This document shows, in pieces, positions 27,300-40,646 of a stretch of 64,000 nucleotides of DNA. The number at the start of each line of letters is the position of its first letter. Within the stretch, counting starts at the first letter, position 1. This DNA comes from Azolla caroliniana (Eukaryota > Plantae > Polypodiophyta): assembly GCA_043228905.1 (NCBI GenBank), contig JBHGNT010000016.1, positions 17,732,001 through 17,796,000 on the forward strand, in the 5' to 3' direction. The position numbers and the translations under genes are program-made. Under the pieces are notes generated by a model. It saw nothing but the letters and a program-made list of their open reading frames with translations, did not search any database and had not been told where the DNA came from.

Positions 27300-27770
27300 A
27301 AGAAACAAGATGTTTCCAAACGGCTATCAATGCAAATATTATATTGTTCTATGTACAAAGCATGGTGTATGCTTGAGAAACCATGAAAGTGCTCAAACAT
27401 GTTCTAGAGCAGAAATCTTTTCATCTTGGATTGTTCAACAAACAATCTGTAGGGATGTGTATATGCAACCTCTAGCCCAAGATGTTTTCAAACAAAGTTT
27501 CATCCAAATACAAAGCGATGATACGCATGTATGCATGTGCAAGTGTGGATGCTCAAGAAGCCACGAGAAGTTCCACAGTGTCTTCCTATCCAGAATGATT
27601 TTATTTTGACTTACACAACGTAAGATCAATACAGTGCTCTACAATGCAATGATAAGCATGTACGCATATGTGCAAGTGTAGATGCTCAAGAAGCCATGAG
27701 AAGTTCCACAGTCTTCCTATGCAGAATGATTTTATTATGACTTTCACAACGCAAGATCAATACAGATGCA
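27300..27770 (+). pseudogene. Decayed PPR-motif remnants, including a ~135-bp tandem duplication
   Basis: Frameshifted MY.KCG.L.EA..VF-like sequence (GCAAGTGTGGATGCTCAAGAAGCCACGAGAAGTTCC) at ~27540 and ~27672. Confidence 0.55.
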
Positions 27771-28213
27771 TGTGTATGTATGACCTGTGGTCATCACAGT
27801 AACACAACTTTCAAAATAAGCTTAAGAGAAATTTAATTGTTCATGCAACTTCCAAATGTGCAGGTAATGAGCTCAACATCAAAATATGCACAAAACATTA
27901 TGTTTCCAACTATAAGAAGATTCATCATGAATTTCAAGGCCATGCAAATATTTCCCTAACTAAACGTCCTATCATTTTCCATTGTGGATGGCCATTTCAT
28001 CACAGGTAGGAATGATAGTGTGGTGCCATCCACATTCCTGTTTTCCATCTAATAGCACCATTGTTTGGAGGCTACATATTTCTTCCAGTAAATACTAGAA
28101 AATCATCACAGGAGTCTGATTCGTCAAAGATATCCGCATAACGAGTACTATTTCTTATGTTTCTGCCTAATTGATTTGTTTCTACTTATATGATTTCATC
28201 ATCATATGACACT

Positions 28214-28564
28214 CACTGTCGGTGTTAGTTAAGAGAGATTTAATATTTCAGGTAAGGTAAATTTTGTGCCCAACACAAGATATGTTTGAATGCCATAAAC
28301 AGTGGTCATTGAGGTGTGATTTTCAAAAGATTCCATAAAATTTCTTCACATTTTTAGTCCTATTTCAAAAACAAGACCAAGTTGGATAACACTGTTGGTG
28401 TTAGTTAAGAGAGATTTAATATTTCAGGTAGGGTAAATTTTGTGCCCAACACAAGATATGTTTGAATGCTATAAACAGTGTTAGTCACGTGTGATTTTCA
28501 AAAGATTCCATAAAATTTCTTTGCATTTTCAATCCTATTTTGAAAACAAGCCCAAGTTGGATAA
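28214..28564. repeat. ~176-bp tandem duplication
   Basis: CACTGT(C/T)GGTGTTAGTTAAGAGAGATTTAATATTTCAGG starts at 28214 and 28390. Confidence 0.9.
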
Positions 28565-29284
28565 TTGCAATTGCAAGTAAGCAACAAAAACTAAGCAAGA
28601 TTCATATTTAGTTCTTGATGCCTTTCTTCCTGTATGGTCATGGCAATAAAAAATGAAAAGATAATTGTGAATGTGTTTTTGACAGAAAAGAGCAAAAGGG
28701 GATCTGATGTTGAGCATTCCCTGTTATATGGATAAGCATGCTGTCTTTAGGTATTGGGATACAGTTGAGCATGAAGGTTTATAGTTTAGACCATGCAACG
28801 CAAGGCATGTTGATACATCAATGTAATGTTTATTTAATAAACACTTTTTCTATGATCAAGCATATTAGGCTACAATAATGATTATTCGCAATAAATATGA
28901 CAATCATATTTTTCCTAGGGATTGGAGTATGGTTGAGCATGAAGCTTTCTAGTTTAGATTATGCAAAGCAGAGCACATTGATACCATAGATCAATGTAAT
29001 GGTGAATGAATATAAGCCTTTTGTTTGATCAAGCATACTCCAGTATATTTCAGCAATGAGAGAAACATGTGTCGATTTTGTGTATGACACAATTATTAAT
29101 CATGTTTATTGAACTTTTGTAAGATGATTTCCATATTTACATATGATATAGAGAGAAGAGACCGTTACAATGAGATGATCTCCATATTTATATATGATAT
29201 GAAGAGAAGAGAAGAGACTATTAGAAATGAGATCTCTAATTACACAAAAATGGATGGAAGAAGAGGCTCACAATGAGATGAGTA

Positions 29285-32200
29285 TGAAGGAATATGTGTT
29301 CGGATTAGTATGCGAAAGTATGCGGAAGTATGTGTACAACAAACGACATAGATATACAACAAGGAAGAAACAGTAGATCGACACACAGATTGGAACTTCA
29401 ATGGAGGTTCTTTATTTCTCTGTAACTCTCGATGATTCTCTCTCTCTCCCTCTTTTTACAACGTTAGGTTAGAGCTTTTATACTCGAGCCCTAATTGTTG
29501 GACGTGTTCACACTTGTATGGATACAAAGTGGAAGGAGTTGGCCTTTTTTGCCAACAAACTCCCTCGTAAAAGGACTACTCTTTTTTATGTATACAAATG
29601 ATTGGGTTATCTCCCCTGTAAACCTAGATTACAATTCTAATCTATAGGACAGATATACAAGCTAAGTTGTTGGCATGTAATCAAAGTTGTAGAGGTAAAC
29701 TCAGTTTTTAGCCTAATTCGGTTGATTGTCCGAATCAGGGTTGGCTTGTTGAAGTAGGTTAGATCGGCTATTCGGGTTGACTTTCCACCTGAGTCAGCTT
29801 GTTCGTTCGGGTCGGCTTATATCCAATTCCGACTTTTGGCCTTTCTCCGATAATCTGTTCTCCACTCATGCTCGCTCCCGTGCTCTCTGCTGGATCCCCG
29901 ATTTATCTTCCAACTTGTTCGTCCCTTGATCGTTTCTTCTCCGATCGGTATCCTTGCTCAATGCAACATCTTCGTTCTCTCGACATTTCGACTTTGTAGA
30001 CTTGGCTTCTTTAGATTGTCAGATTTTGACTTACCTTCTGCTCTATGTTCGGCTTTCTTCTACTTGGTCGCTTGTCGTAGTCCCATCTTTGTCCTCAATG
30101 CTCCAAAGCGTTGATTTGGGAGTGGCTTCGTCAAGCAATTGACGATGTTCACCTCGGTGTCGATCTTCTGGACTTTGAGTTTTTTCTCGGTTACTAGCTC
30201 CCGGATATGATGATATCGTATCTCAATATGCTTTGTCTTTGCATGATAGACAAGATTATTGATGAGGTGTATTGCGCTCTGTGAGTCATAGTAGATGGTC
30301 AATGTTAGTCGGTTGATTCAGCTTGTCGAGAAGCCAACAGTCAGTCTGTGCAACCAAATCGGTTCCTTCGTTGCCTCCTATGCTGCTATGTACTCAGCTT
30401 CTGTGGTAGACAAAGTCGTGCACTCTTGAAGCTTCGACCTCCATGATATGGCACCGCCACCATAGGTAAAGATGTAGCATGATGTCAACTTCCGATTATC
30501 CGGATTCCTGACATTGACGGCCTCCCAACGCTTTCGTCCTGGATTCGACATGTACCAACTGACGACCCCTACGACATATGTAAGGTCAGGTCTAGTCATC
30601 ACATCGCATACATGATACTTCCTACGACCGATGCATAGGGTATCTTTCCATTGAGCTCTCTCTCCTGATCCACCAAAGGAAAGTTTCTGTTTGATAGTCG
30701 GATCGACATCGGAAGCGATGTTGGTGTTGGCTTCGCGTTCTCCATGTTGAAGCGCCTCATCACCTTCCGAGTAGGAGCCGAAGGATGGTCATCTTGATTA
30801 TTGGAGAGAATATCTCATCGTAGTCGACCCCGTATTCTTGTTTGAATCCCTTCGCGACGAACCGAGCTTTGTATTTAGGTTTCTCCGAATCAAATACATA
30901 TTTGTGCCTGAAGATCCATTTGCAGGGTAGTGGCTTCCTTCCAGATGGTAGTTCGACCAACTGTCATGTTTGATTATGATGAATCGGGTCCATCTCGGAT
31001 TGCATGGCTTGTAGCCCTATGTCGGCATCTAGCGCGACTATGGCTTCCTCGTAGGAGCTTGGTTTGCCTGCGTCCGTGTAGTTGACGTAATCAAGGCTCG
31101 ATTGATAGAACTTTGTCGTCCTCCGAACTCGTCTGGATCTCTTTCATGCCAAATTTGTTGATTCGATTGCTTCAGTCGACTTGGTTGACCGATTGAGATT
31201 ACTTAAACCCTCTTCAGGAGTCCTTCAAGATGATTCAACCCTGTGATAGGATTTCAGCGATATTGAAGCATCCTCCCCTATTTGTCGAACCTCCAATTCG
31301 ACCCGGTGAGTCGGTCCTTCTACAACGAATTTGTCAGTGTCGAAAGAGACTCTTTTGTCGACTATTTTTTGCTGGTACCGCTAAGAGAGAATCAAGTCTT
31401 CGTTGAAGACTACATCACTACTTCGGATCAATTTTCGATTTTGTGGGTTCCATAGTCGATAATCGAATTCCACATCGGTCCATAACTGAGATATATGCAT
31501 TTTGTTGCATGGGGCACCAACTTGGTCCTTTTCTCCCTAGGGATGAATGCATAAGCTTCGCATCCGAATATACAGAGCCCATCATAGCTTGGTTGTTTAC
31601 TTGACCATAGTGCATGTGGCACTTCAAGCTGGATTGCTTTCAACGATGATAGATTTATTAGGTAAACTGTCGTGTGCACTGTTTCGGCCCAGAACTCCAG
31701 ATTTAGCCCAACTTACTGGAGCATTGTCATCACCCTCTCTTGGATCGTTCGGTTGATCCATTCAACTACTTCATTCTACATGGGTGTGTATGGAACGATC
31801 TTTAGGTGTCTAATCCCTTTGTTGGACAGGTACAGTTTGAAGGCTTAGGAGGTATATTCACCTCCATTGCGGGATCTAAGCATCTTCACTCGATATCCCG
31901 ATTGGTTCACCACTTCAACTAACCATTAAACGAAGATCTCAAGTGCTTCATCTTTGGACCTTCTGTGTACAATCATCGACGAAAGTGATGAAGTACTAGG
32001 AGTCACCTAGTGATCTTTCAAGCATTGGCCCACATATGTCTATATGGATCAGTTCTAAGGGTTGTCATACCATCTCATAATGGAAAGACTGCAGACTTCG
32101 AGTTTGTTTCCTGTATCAACAATGGTCGTAGAAGTCGCTCTTTGCCAGGACTTTCATAATGTAGCCGACCGCCATTATTTGGTCCAGTCCGGTTTTCGAC

Positions 32201-33903
32201 ATATGGTCGAGTCGGCCATGCCATAAGTTCAGGTCGGTCAATTCGGCTACGTTGATGGCCCCTTCTGGATTGATCGCCATGATTGGATACAAGTTTTTGT
32301 ACTTGTGTCCACCTCCGATCTTCAAGCCTCCTCGACTGATCATCCATGTCGACGCATTGAGCGTTGTTCGGTACCCGTCTTTGGTTAACATGCCGATGGA
32401 GACCATACCCTTTTAGTGCGAGTACGTGCCGAACTTAGTGCAGGACTATTGTGTTGTCATTCGACAATCGAATGGGGACCTCTTCGATCCCTGCAATTAT
32501 GCACTCCTACCCGTTGCTGAGTCGAATTGTGTCGTTGACGTCAACCGAATAGTTCGAGAACCATTAGATGTTCAGGGTTACGGAAATGTGGTACCGAAGT
32601 CCAATAACCATGTGTGTGTGTCTTGTGCACTGTAGAGGACTTCTCCGATCATCGAGTCCTCTAAAGAGAGGATTTCTCTTGATCAAGAGTTGGCAACATT
32701 GATTTGGTTGTCGACTGGAGAGCGATTCGAGTCAAATCATCCTCGGTTCCGCTCGGATCACCGACCTCTCTCCTTTCTTTTGATCGACCAACAATCGAAA
32801 ACGTTATGATCGACTTTTCTACAATGAGTGCACAAATCTTCTAGTTAGCTATTTCTCGACTTCAACTGTTGTCGGTCTCCCCTCTTTCTCAATCGACTGA
32901 CGTTTCGATCGGACTCGATCGACTAGATCAATCGAGTGATGGGTTTTTGCCGACTTGTCGATGGTGAGTCCCATCGATTTTCGCCGAATATCCTCTGTGA
33001 GGATTTGACCGATAGTTTCGTCCAGGTTTAGCCTAGGGCTGTTATTGGTGAAAGTCGTGCAGAATATCTCCCAACTTGTTGGCAAGCTCGATAGGAGAGA
33101 AGGGCTTTTACTTCTCCTTCAAAGTTGTTCCCTTGGGAGGAGAGTTCAAACAACACTCGGCTGAAGGTGTTGATGTGGGAGGTTGCTGTATCAATCTCTC
33201 TCATCTTCTGTGAGGATTTGACCGATAGTTTCGTCCAGGTTTAGCCTAGGGCTATTATTGGTGAAAGTCGTGCAGAATATCTCCCAACTTGTTGGCAAGC
33301 TCGATAGGAGGGAAGGGCTTTTACTTCTCCTTCAAAGTTGTTCCCTTGGGAGGAGAGTTCAAACAACACTCGACTGAAGGTGTTGATGTGGGAGGTTGCT
33401 GTATCAATCTCTCTCATCTTCATGTTAAATAGTTGTTGGATCAATATCAATTTTGAAGATGAGGACTTTTCCTCATACACACGGCCTGTAACTTCTCCCT
33501 CAGAGAGAATGTTATTGTCTCCTTTGCCATACTAAAATAGACGTTTTCGTCCAGGTGCATCTAAATGGTGGAACGTGCAATTTTGTCTATTGATCTCCAT
33601 TATTCGGCTGACATTGAGGCAAGTTTTTCACTATGTCAAATGACTTCAACCTGTCTTTGAATGATAAGCATGCCTTGCATAATCTCCTTCCACAGGGCAA
33701 AGTTTTTGCCGTCGAACTTTCGGATTTCAACTCTTGTTCCAGATGTTGAAGCCATGTTCCTCGATGTGAGATTTACTAAGCTGGTCTTTTCTTTCAGCTG
33801 TGGGGTTTCCTCTTCTTGGTTTTTTTGCTATTCGTCGCCGCTGAACTGCAAGTCGCTCTGATACCAGTTGAAGGAATAGGTGTTCGGATTAGTATGCGGA
33901 AGT
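29285..33903 (-). mobile_element. Decayed Ty1/Copia element; 3' LTR 29285-29557, 5' LTR truncated to ~35 bp (33869-33903)
   Basis: PBS (GCTCTGATACCA on the + strand) at 33855-33866. TGAAGGAATA.GTGTTCGGATTAGTATGCG is shared at 29285 and 33869, with a PPT next to 29557. Remnants of gag, integrase (LWHGRLDHMS), RT (KYKARFVAKGF) and RNase H (LSTTEAEYIAA, HAKTKHIEIRYH). Internal RT deletion near 30760. Confidence 0.9.
32995..33420. repeat. 213-bp tandem duplication inside the Copia gag
   Basis: CTGTGAGGATTTGACCGATAG starts at 32995 and 33208; the copies are nearly identical. Confidence 0.93.
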
Positions 33904-36900
33904 GTGAGAACCTGCAAGTAGAAGTGTCAAGAGACAGATTGTCATTCTCATAGGTCTAGGCGTGGGCAAGACCTTCTACTATGCATCTCATACCTAACAG
34001 GAACGGTCAAGTAGTACAGATAAAGTTTAATGTCGATTCCCTACTTGATATATTCCCATCAAGGGATAATAAGATTATGAACAGATGAAAGCTCAAATGA
34101 GCATACTTTTCTCTACTAAAAAACAAATATTTGCTGTAAAAATAGTTGAGTTCAGCTGCCCATCATGAACTCTTTTTTTAGTGTCACTTAGATATGAAAC
34201 AGGGACAAGAAAAACCTTACTTGCGCCTTCAGACGTAATTGTGGCTAGTCCATTAAAATCACATGACACCAAAGCATGTCCACTTATCTGATAATAGCTG
34301 TTAAATGCATAAGAAGCATGCGAAAAAACAGGGTTGGGGACATAACAATCATTTCCAAGTTTGTATGGGTCCACAATCTATGCATCCACTTCCACAAACC
34401 CAATCAATTGCTGTTTGTAGTGAATTAGGGTTTGCATTTTCTTTAGCAATACACCAACTTCTATCATTCAAGCTCCTACTAGTCATAACTGCTCCAGAAT
34501 CATTGGCATCGGAAAAAACCAAACTGTTTATTGATTTATTTTCAGTTTGAGTAAGTATCCGTTCAGTTCCAATCATATTAGAGGTCACTACAGTAGACGG
34601 TTTAAGAGATTTTCCTTGTTGTCTTAATAGATGAAATTCTGTTTCATTTACATGTATCTCAGCACCCTCAGATGAGATTGTGCTCTTGATGAAGTGCCAT
34701 GTAAAAGCAATCTTATCTGAGATTCATAAACCACATGAGCATCACTGTAAACATAGACAATGCATATGCAGAGTCATGTTGAATGGAGTACAATTTGAAG
34801 TAGTAACTACTAAAACATATGCTAGAAATAACTCAATAACTACTTATGATTAAGTTAACTAAACCTAGTAGTGGTAAAATCATTTTAGGGTTGATTTGTC
34901 AACATAATTTATGTACATATTTATTATGAACAACAATCACCACATGTTTATTCCAAAGCGCCACAAATACAATGCATACAACACTCCAGGAATGTCAAGA
35001 AGACCTGCAAGTTTGAACTATCACATTATAGAACTTGGGAGACTTGCTTCATACTCTTGAGGAATGCAGATCATTCAATTATCTGAACTTCCATAGCATC
35101 TGGCTCGTTTTACTTTGCGTGCTAGTATTATTAATCCAAACAGGTCCAAGAGACTTGGTAAAGAGATCTACGTAATTTTCCTCCACAGTAAAATAATCCA
35201 ACTCCACCTTCCCATCCAAAACAAGTTCTTGTCTGAAGTGGTATTGGATCTCAATATGCTTGTTCCAACCATGGAACACTGGATTTTTTGTGACATCCAT
35301 GTAATAACCACATCGGCTTCCCCCAATAGGCATCTCAATTTCTGCAAGGAGCTTTCCCAACCATGTTGCTATGCATTTGTTGCCTTGTACCCTGCTGCTG
35401 CTAAGGATGGTGATTACTTCTTGCTAATTCAAGAAAATATTCCAGTTCCTAAGAAGAATCAAAATTCAGAAGTATACCTTCTATCCTCTAGGTCTCCAGC
35501 CCACCCGGAATGACAATATCTGATCACCTATTTCCTTGGCCAAACAAACTTGATGTCATATCTAACCAAACCCTACAAATACCTTCGCATATGCAGTCCA
35601 AGTTGCCAACGAGTCATCTCTGAACTCAATATAAACCTCACACCATATAGGATAGTGTAATCTTAGGTTGCACAAAGAGTCTGATACTGTCCACTTTCTT
35701 GAGCTTTCCTCTCCCAGTTATCATCAGCTTCAAGTTGACCTTCTAACATTTTGATTCATCCGACCATTTGTGTTTCCTCCGCTAGCCACAACCCCAACCT
35801 TTCATCTTCAGCCTGTTGAGATAACAAGCTCAACCATGCCCACTTTTTGTGTGAACATACAAACTCCTTGGGACACATGTCTGTTAAAGCCCACAATTGA
35901 CTTAAAAAATTGGAGACGCCTTTGCATTGAATGAAGTGGATATCTTAGACATCCTAGTCATTCTCCCATAATTCATTAGATTGATCCTGAACTCTAGTTG
36001 ATTATAGATTTCTTATCATTGTAATCTTCCCCCATTTACTTGCAAAGATGCAATTCTCTTTGGTGTACAATTCTCTCTCTCAAACACACGCACGCAGACA
36101 CACATGTAATCTTAGTTAATCTAATCACTTTATATACACAATAGTCCCCAAAACAATGGCATACAATGCGTTCAATTCCACCTTTCCAAGTTAGCAATTC
36201 TGTTGCATTGGAGTGATCATTACCACTGGGTTCTTTCGGTCTAATGTTTCCATTGGCTCCACATGGAGTTTAAGCCAGATCTCCATGAGCGCATAGCAAT
36301 CTATCATGGTGGACATCTTGAACTTCAAGAACATGCAATTCATCCCATCAGGATTCCCCTTTAACATTACCATGGGTCATGGCTTCACCATGCCCATCTA
36401 CACTGTTTGACTGAGCACTTGCAAAACTTGATCTATCATGACCATCTTCCATATTAAATGCAATTCAGTAGATGATGAGAAAAACTAGCCTAAAATTGTC
36501 TCTAAAGTTCCCTTTAATACAATAGTTTGAAGCTTCAACTATTGAGTGCACGAACCTTTCCATTGACAATTCACGAGAAGGTGTTTACACTGAGAGGAGC
36601 AAAATTCTAGGCAACCCAATCATTATCACTCAAATAGCAAACCTTTAAGTGGTGTATATGTAATGTGATATCCCCTTATGGTGGTTCCTCTTTCTCATGT
36701 TGCAATTTTGCAACCTCTAGGAGGTGGAACCCAATCCTCATAACATCTAAAAGCCTACAAAAAGCTGTAGGAAAGATCATAGCCACAGAGGCCAAATAAT
36801 TTGGCTGGACAAACCTTCTGTTGGACGTGTGGAGCTTCAAACAAGATCTTGGTGGGAAAATTGAAACTGATTGTTGTTGAGAATAGCATAGATTGGAATG

Positions 36901-37286
36901 AAAAATTGGGAACCTATCCAAACTCTTAAGTATATGCTCTAAGGTGTGTCACTCCCACCATATGATAGCATGGCCTCTTATGATTGAAATGCCAATATAT
37001 TGGGAGATCAAACGCGAGATAAACAAAAGCAGGGTTCATAAAAAACACATAGAACACACACATGCAATCGCACCCATTTGTATATATGAATATGTATGTA
37101 TGTGTATGAATATGGATGTATGTGTGTGTATCAGTATGTATGTATGCATGGTCATGTATGAATACGAATGTATGTATCTGCAATTATGTATGTGTATATG
37201 CTAAGAAGAGGAATTTATATCATTCACTGACCTGTGCAAGAGAGGGCACACATTAGGAAGGCCCAGGGGAGCCCATTCGGGACCAT
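33901..37286 (-). pseudogene. X8 (CBM43) callose-binding-domain protein gene (PDCB-like), frameshifted and 3'-truncated
   Basis: Exon 1 37286-37232 (MVPNGLPWAFLMCALSCT, phase 1). Exon 2 34716-34221 (SWCIAK..LQTAIDWVCG..DCGPIQ / GNDCYVPN..SHASYAFNSYYQ..SCDFNGLA) has one extra A at ~34361. Exon 3 starts at 33911 and runs into the Copia LTR after ~10 nt. Confidence 0.8.
35080..35900 (-). mobile_element. Decayed Copia RT/RNase H remnant in intron 1 of the X8 gene
   Basis: KNPVFHGWNKHIEIQYHF..ELV..DLFTKSL motif in ORF 35079-35360. Upstream extent approximate. Confidence 0.75.
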
Positions 37287-37555
37287 TTTCCAGAGAGTGA
37301 TTTGAAATGGTGGGTTAGGATGGGGGCATCAGGAGAATAAGAAGAAGAAGAGACGGAGGAAACAGAGCTGCATGGCTATGGTGATCTCGAACTCGCAGGG
37401 GAGACATGAAAGAGAAAGAAGAAGAAAAAGAAGAAGAAGAAGAAGAAGAAGAAGACGAGAAAATAATACGCAACATAAAATAAAATAGACACATGGATTT
37501 TGGAAATTTCGAGGAATTATAAATGTAGCCCCATCTCAATTGGCTTGGAAAAAAA

Positions 37556-37900
37556 AATGTATGTATGTAAAATTGTATGTATGATAAATGTATGCATGCA
37601 TGCATGTATGTAATGTGTGTATGTGTGTGTGTATGTATGTATGGTAATGTATGTATGTATGTATGTATGTATGTATGTATGTATGTATGTATGTATGTAT
37701 GTATGTATGTATATGTATGTGTGTGTTGTATGTATGTATGTATACATATGTGTGTATTGAGTGTATTTATGTATGTATACGTATGTGTGTGTTATATGTA
37801 CGTATGTGTGTATTTATGTATGTATACATATGTGTGTGTTGTATGTATGTATGTATGTATGTACGTATACATATGTGTGTTTATGTATGTATATTATGTG
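37556..37900. repeat. (TATG)n/(TG)n compound microsatellite
   Basis: Directly visible. It resumes as (TG)n at 40646-40666, beyond the LINE. Confidence 0.95.
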
Positions 37901-40646
37901 TTTTTTTTTATTATTTATTTTAAAGAAGATATCCTGTCATTAGTATAAACAAATTACAAGATTTTAAACCTCTATGTAATCGGCGGGGAAACAACCATTT
38001 CGGTGGCTGAAAATGCCAATAAGGAGTAGTGTACTTGGATGTCACAAATGGAGTAGCTGTCCAGATAATAAGAAACTCATGCCGTTGAGCAATTTTAGCA
38101 TCAGAATCTCCCACTATACCATCCCATTGACCCTTCAAAGCATGAACTATCTCTAACCAAATATTTGAAATCACTTCGGCAGGTGGTGTTTTCAGATTAT
38201 GGAAAACGAGAGAACACCGAGCTTTCCAAATGTGATAGACAGTGGTACTACTCAATATCTCCCATATTGGCTGAACTTCCTTCCTTACTCCTGAAAACTG
38301 TAATGACATCAGTGATAATGTACGAACACTTCCATTTTTAGTGTAAAACCCATGGTCCATAGATTCGATGCCATAATGGAACACATCACGGGCAAGTGAT
38401 GTCCAAACGACCATGCCCCAAGTGAGAACCAACGGGGGAAAATAATTAGCGAAAATTCTAAGGAGCCGTTGCCATATCTGTTGAGAATCAATGCACTCCC
38501 ATAAACAATGTTTTTGAGTTTCCGTTTGTAAATGACATCGAGTACAACATGAAGACACTCCCATCCTATGCAACCATGTGCCAACCGGCAACGCCTTGTG
38601 TACAACTAACCACTGTACATGTAATATTTTGTGTTGCTGTTTTCTTGCCCATAAGATAGCCCAGAATTTTGCAAGGAATTGGGGAGTAATACCTTGTTGA
38701 TTCCAATATTGAGATGCAGCTGGTACCACATCACGTGTATCTGAAAGTACATGTCTTCCCAACTGTACAGAATATTGGAAGAAATTGAACTTGTTACCCG
38801 TGTAAGGATCTGTCCAATGATAGTCAATTGGGTCCCAATCTAATATGAATACCGGTCTTTTAGCTAACACCCACAGCTTCCAATGTGTCCTTATTTCCTC
38901 TATCATTGGATCAATATACCATTTACGATCGGCATATCCAATTATCCTTATCTTGTGCTCAATGGCATAGGGGTAATCTATCACCATTTCCCCGGACTGA
39001 GACAATTGATTTGTTTCATCCACCTCAAACAACCGGTATGTCTTATCATTTGAATAACCCTTAACAGCCAAGAGTACTTCCAATCTTGAAAAAACCCCAA
39101 TCCATCTATGGTTAGTGTTATTGGGTGGTATGGGTTGTCTACTCATAGCTTCTTGAATTTGTTGGTACATTATATGTCCGCCATGCATATTACGTAAGAT
39201 TTCTTTTTGTTCTTCCAACGATCGCGATAAAAATTCTTTCCAAGTCTGAACTGTTTTCGCGGGACCTTCTGTCATTTTTCCCCACGATAACCATTGTCTA
39301 GAACCCAACACAAAACCATCTGATGTTGTAAACAACGGGTTCCAAACTATCTTTTGTCTGAGATACTCAAGATAATGTTTGGGGTTCGGTTTATTGCGAA
39401 GCAAACCAGGTAATACTTGTTTCCATGCTGCAAATAATGTCCTAATAAATTTGTCTTCCCATCTAGTGGCTGAAGGTACTCGGAAATTTTCCCTAAATAT
39501 CCAATTCACATCCTTCGACCAGGGAGCACCTAAGCGAGGAAAGCAATCTGAGCAACGGTCAAGCAATAATACTTTCCATATCTCTTGCCCCAGCATAAAT
39601 CCTCTAACGAGCAACTTACTTAACAATGCTCTTGATTGGTCCACTGGATCAATAATACCTAATCCTCCTTTAGAGCGAGGTAAGGTAATAACATCCCATT
39701 TCACTTTGGACCGAGCATTGCCTTCTGTTTTACCGGACCACAAGAAGTTACGAACCAATCTACGTATTTTCAGAATACATGACTTGGAGAATATCCAACA
39801 TGACAAAACATACCATGTTGAAGCCAATAAAACCTGATTAGCCACTACAATCCGACCAGCAAAAGATAGCTTGGCTGAACTCCATAACAACAACTTTTTC
39901 CGCAGTGACAATAGGAGGGGTGCCACTTGATTTTCCATTGAAAGATCAATACCTATCGTACACCCTAAGTATCGAACTGGACAACCTGATGGTATCCATC
40001 GAAATTGCGGGTGTGGACTCCATAGAGGAGGCTCTACATCCCCCACCCAAAATGCAAAGGACTTGTTCCAATTAACCAGTGCACTCGAAGCCTTACAAAA
40101 TGTGGATATGGCCAATTCTGTTTTTTGCAGATTTTCCAAATCACCTTTTAAATATAGGGCAGTGTCATCTGCAAATTCAGCGGCCCTTACTTCTATATGT
40201 GAGAATGGGATGCGTATTCCGCGTATACCAATATCACCAGCATTCAAAAAGGAAATCATTGCCTCAGCAAAAAACAGAAACAAGAAAGGAGCTAAAGGAC
40301 AACCCTGTCGAACTGATCGAGAAATAGTAAACAAAGGTCCATAATTCCCAACCAGTAAGACTCTGCTTTGTGCCGAATTATATAATGAAGAAATACCTTT
40401 TATCCATTCTTTCGAGAAACCAAAACGAGCCAGTACACCTTGTAAAAATTCCCAGTCAACACGGTCATAAGCTTTCTCAAAATCAAGCATAACAATGGCC
40501 AACTCTTGATTAGATTTGGCTGCCAAGGCAGCAGATTCCCAAAATGTATACACATTATCCAATATGCTCCTTTCCTGAATAAATCTTGTTTGCGACGGAT
40601 GTATAACTATAGGCATTATAGTACCAAGTCTTATACTAAGCGCTTT
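37901..40646 (-). mobile_element. 5'-truncated L1/Tx1-type LINE with ~900 uninterrupted ORF2 codons (RT plus zf-RVT; endonuclease missing)
   Basis: LDFEKAYDRVDWEFL, VRQGCPLAPFLF, FADD, RYLG, GGLGIID, CTRC..ETQKHCLWEC, YHIWKARC. A-rich tail at 37901-37921. Homology begins at KALSIRL (~40646), so the first ~70 aa of ORF 37920-40862 are flanking sequence. Confidence 0.95.

Noticed and set aside
37517-37948. MYVC/HTYI-repeat ORFs that look Cys- or His-rich
   Set aside because: They are translations of the (TATG)n microsatellite. The same applies to similar ORFs at 16617-16901 and 36926-37204.
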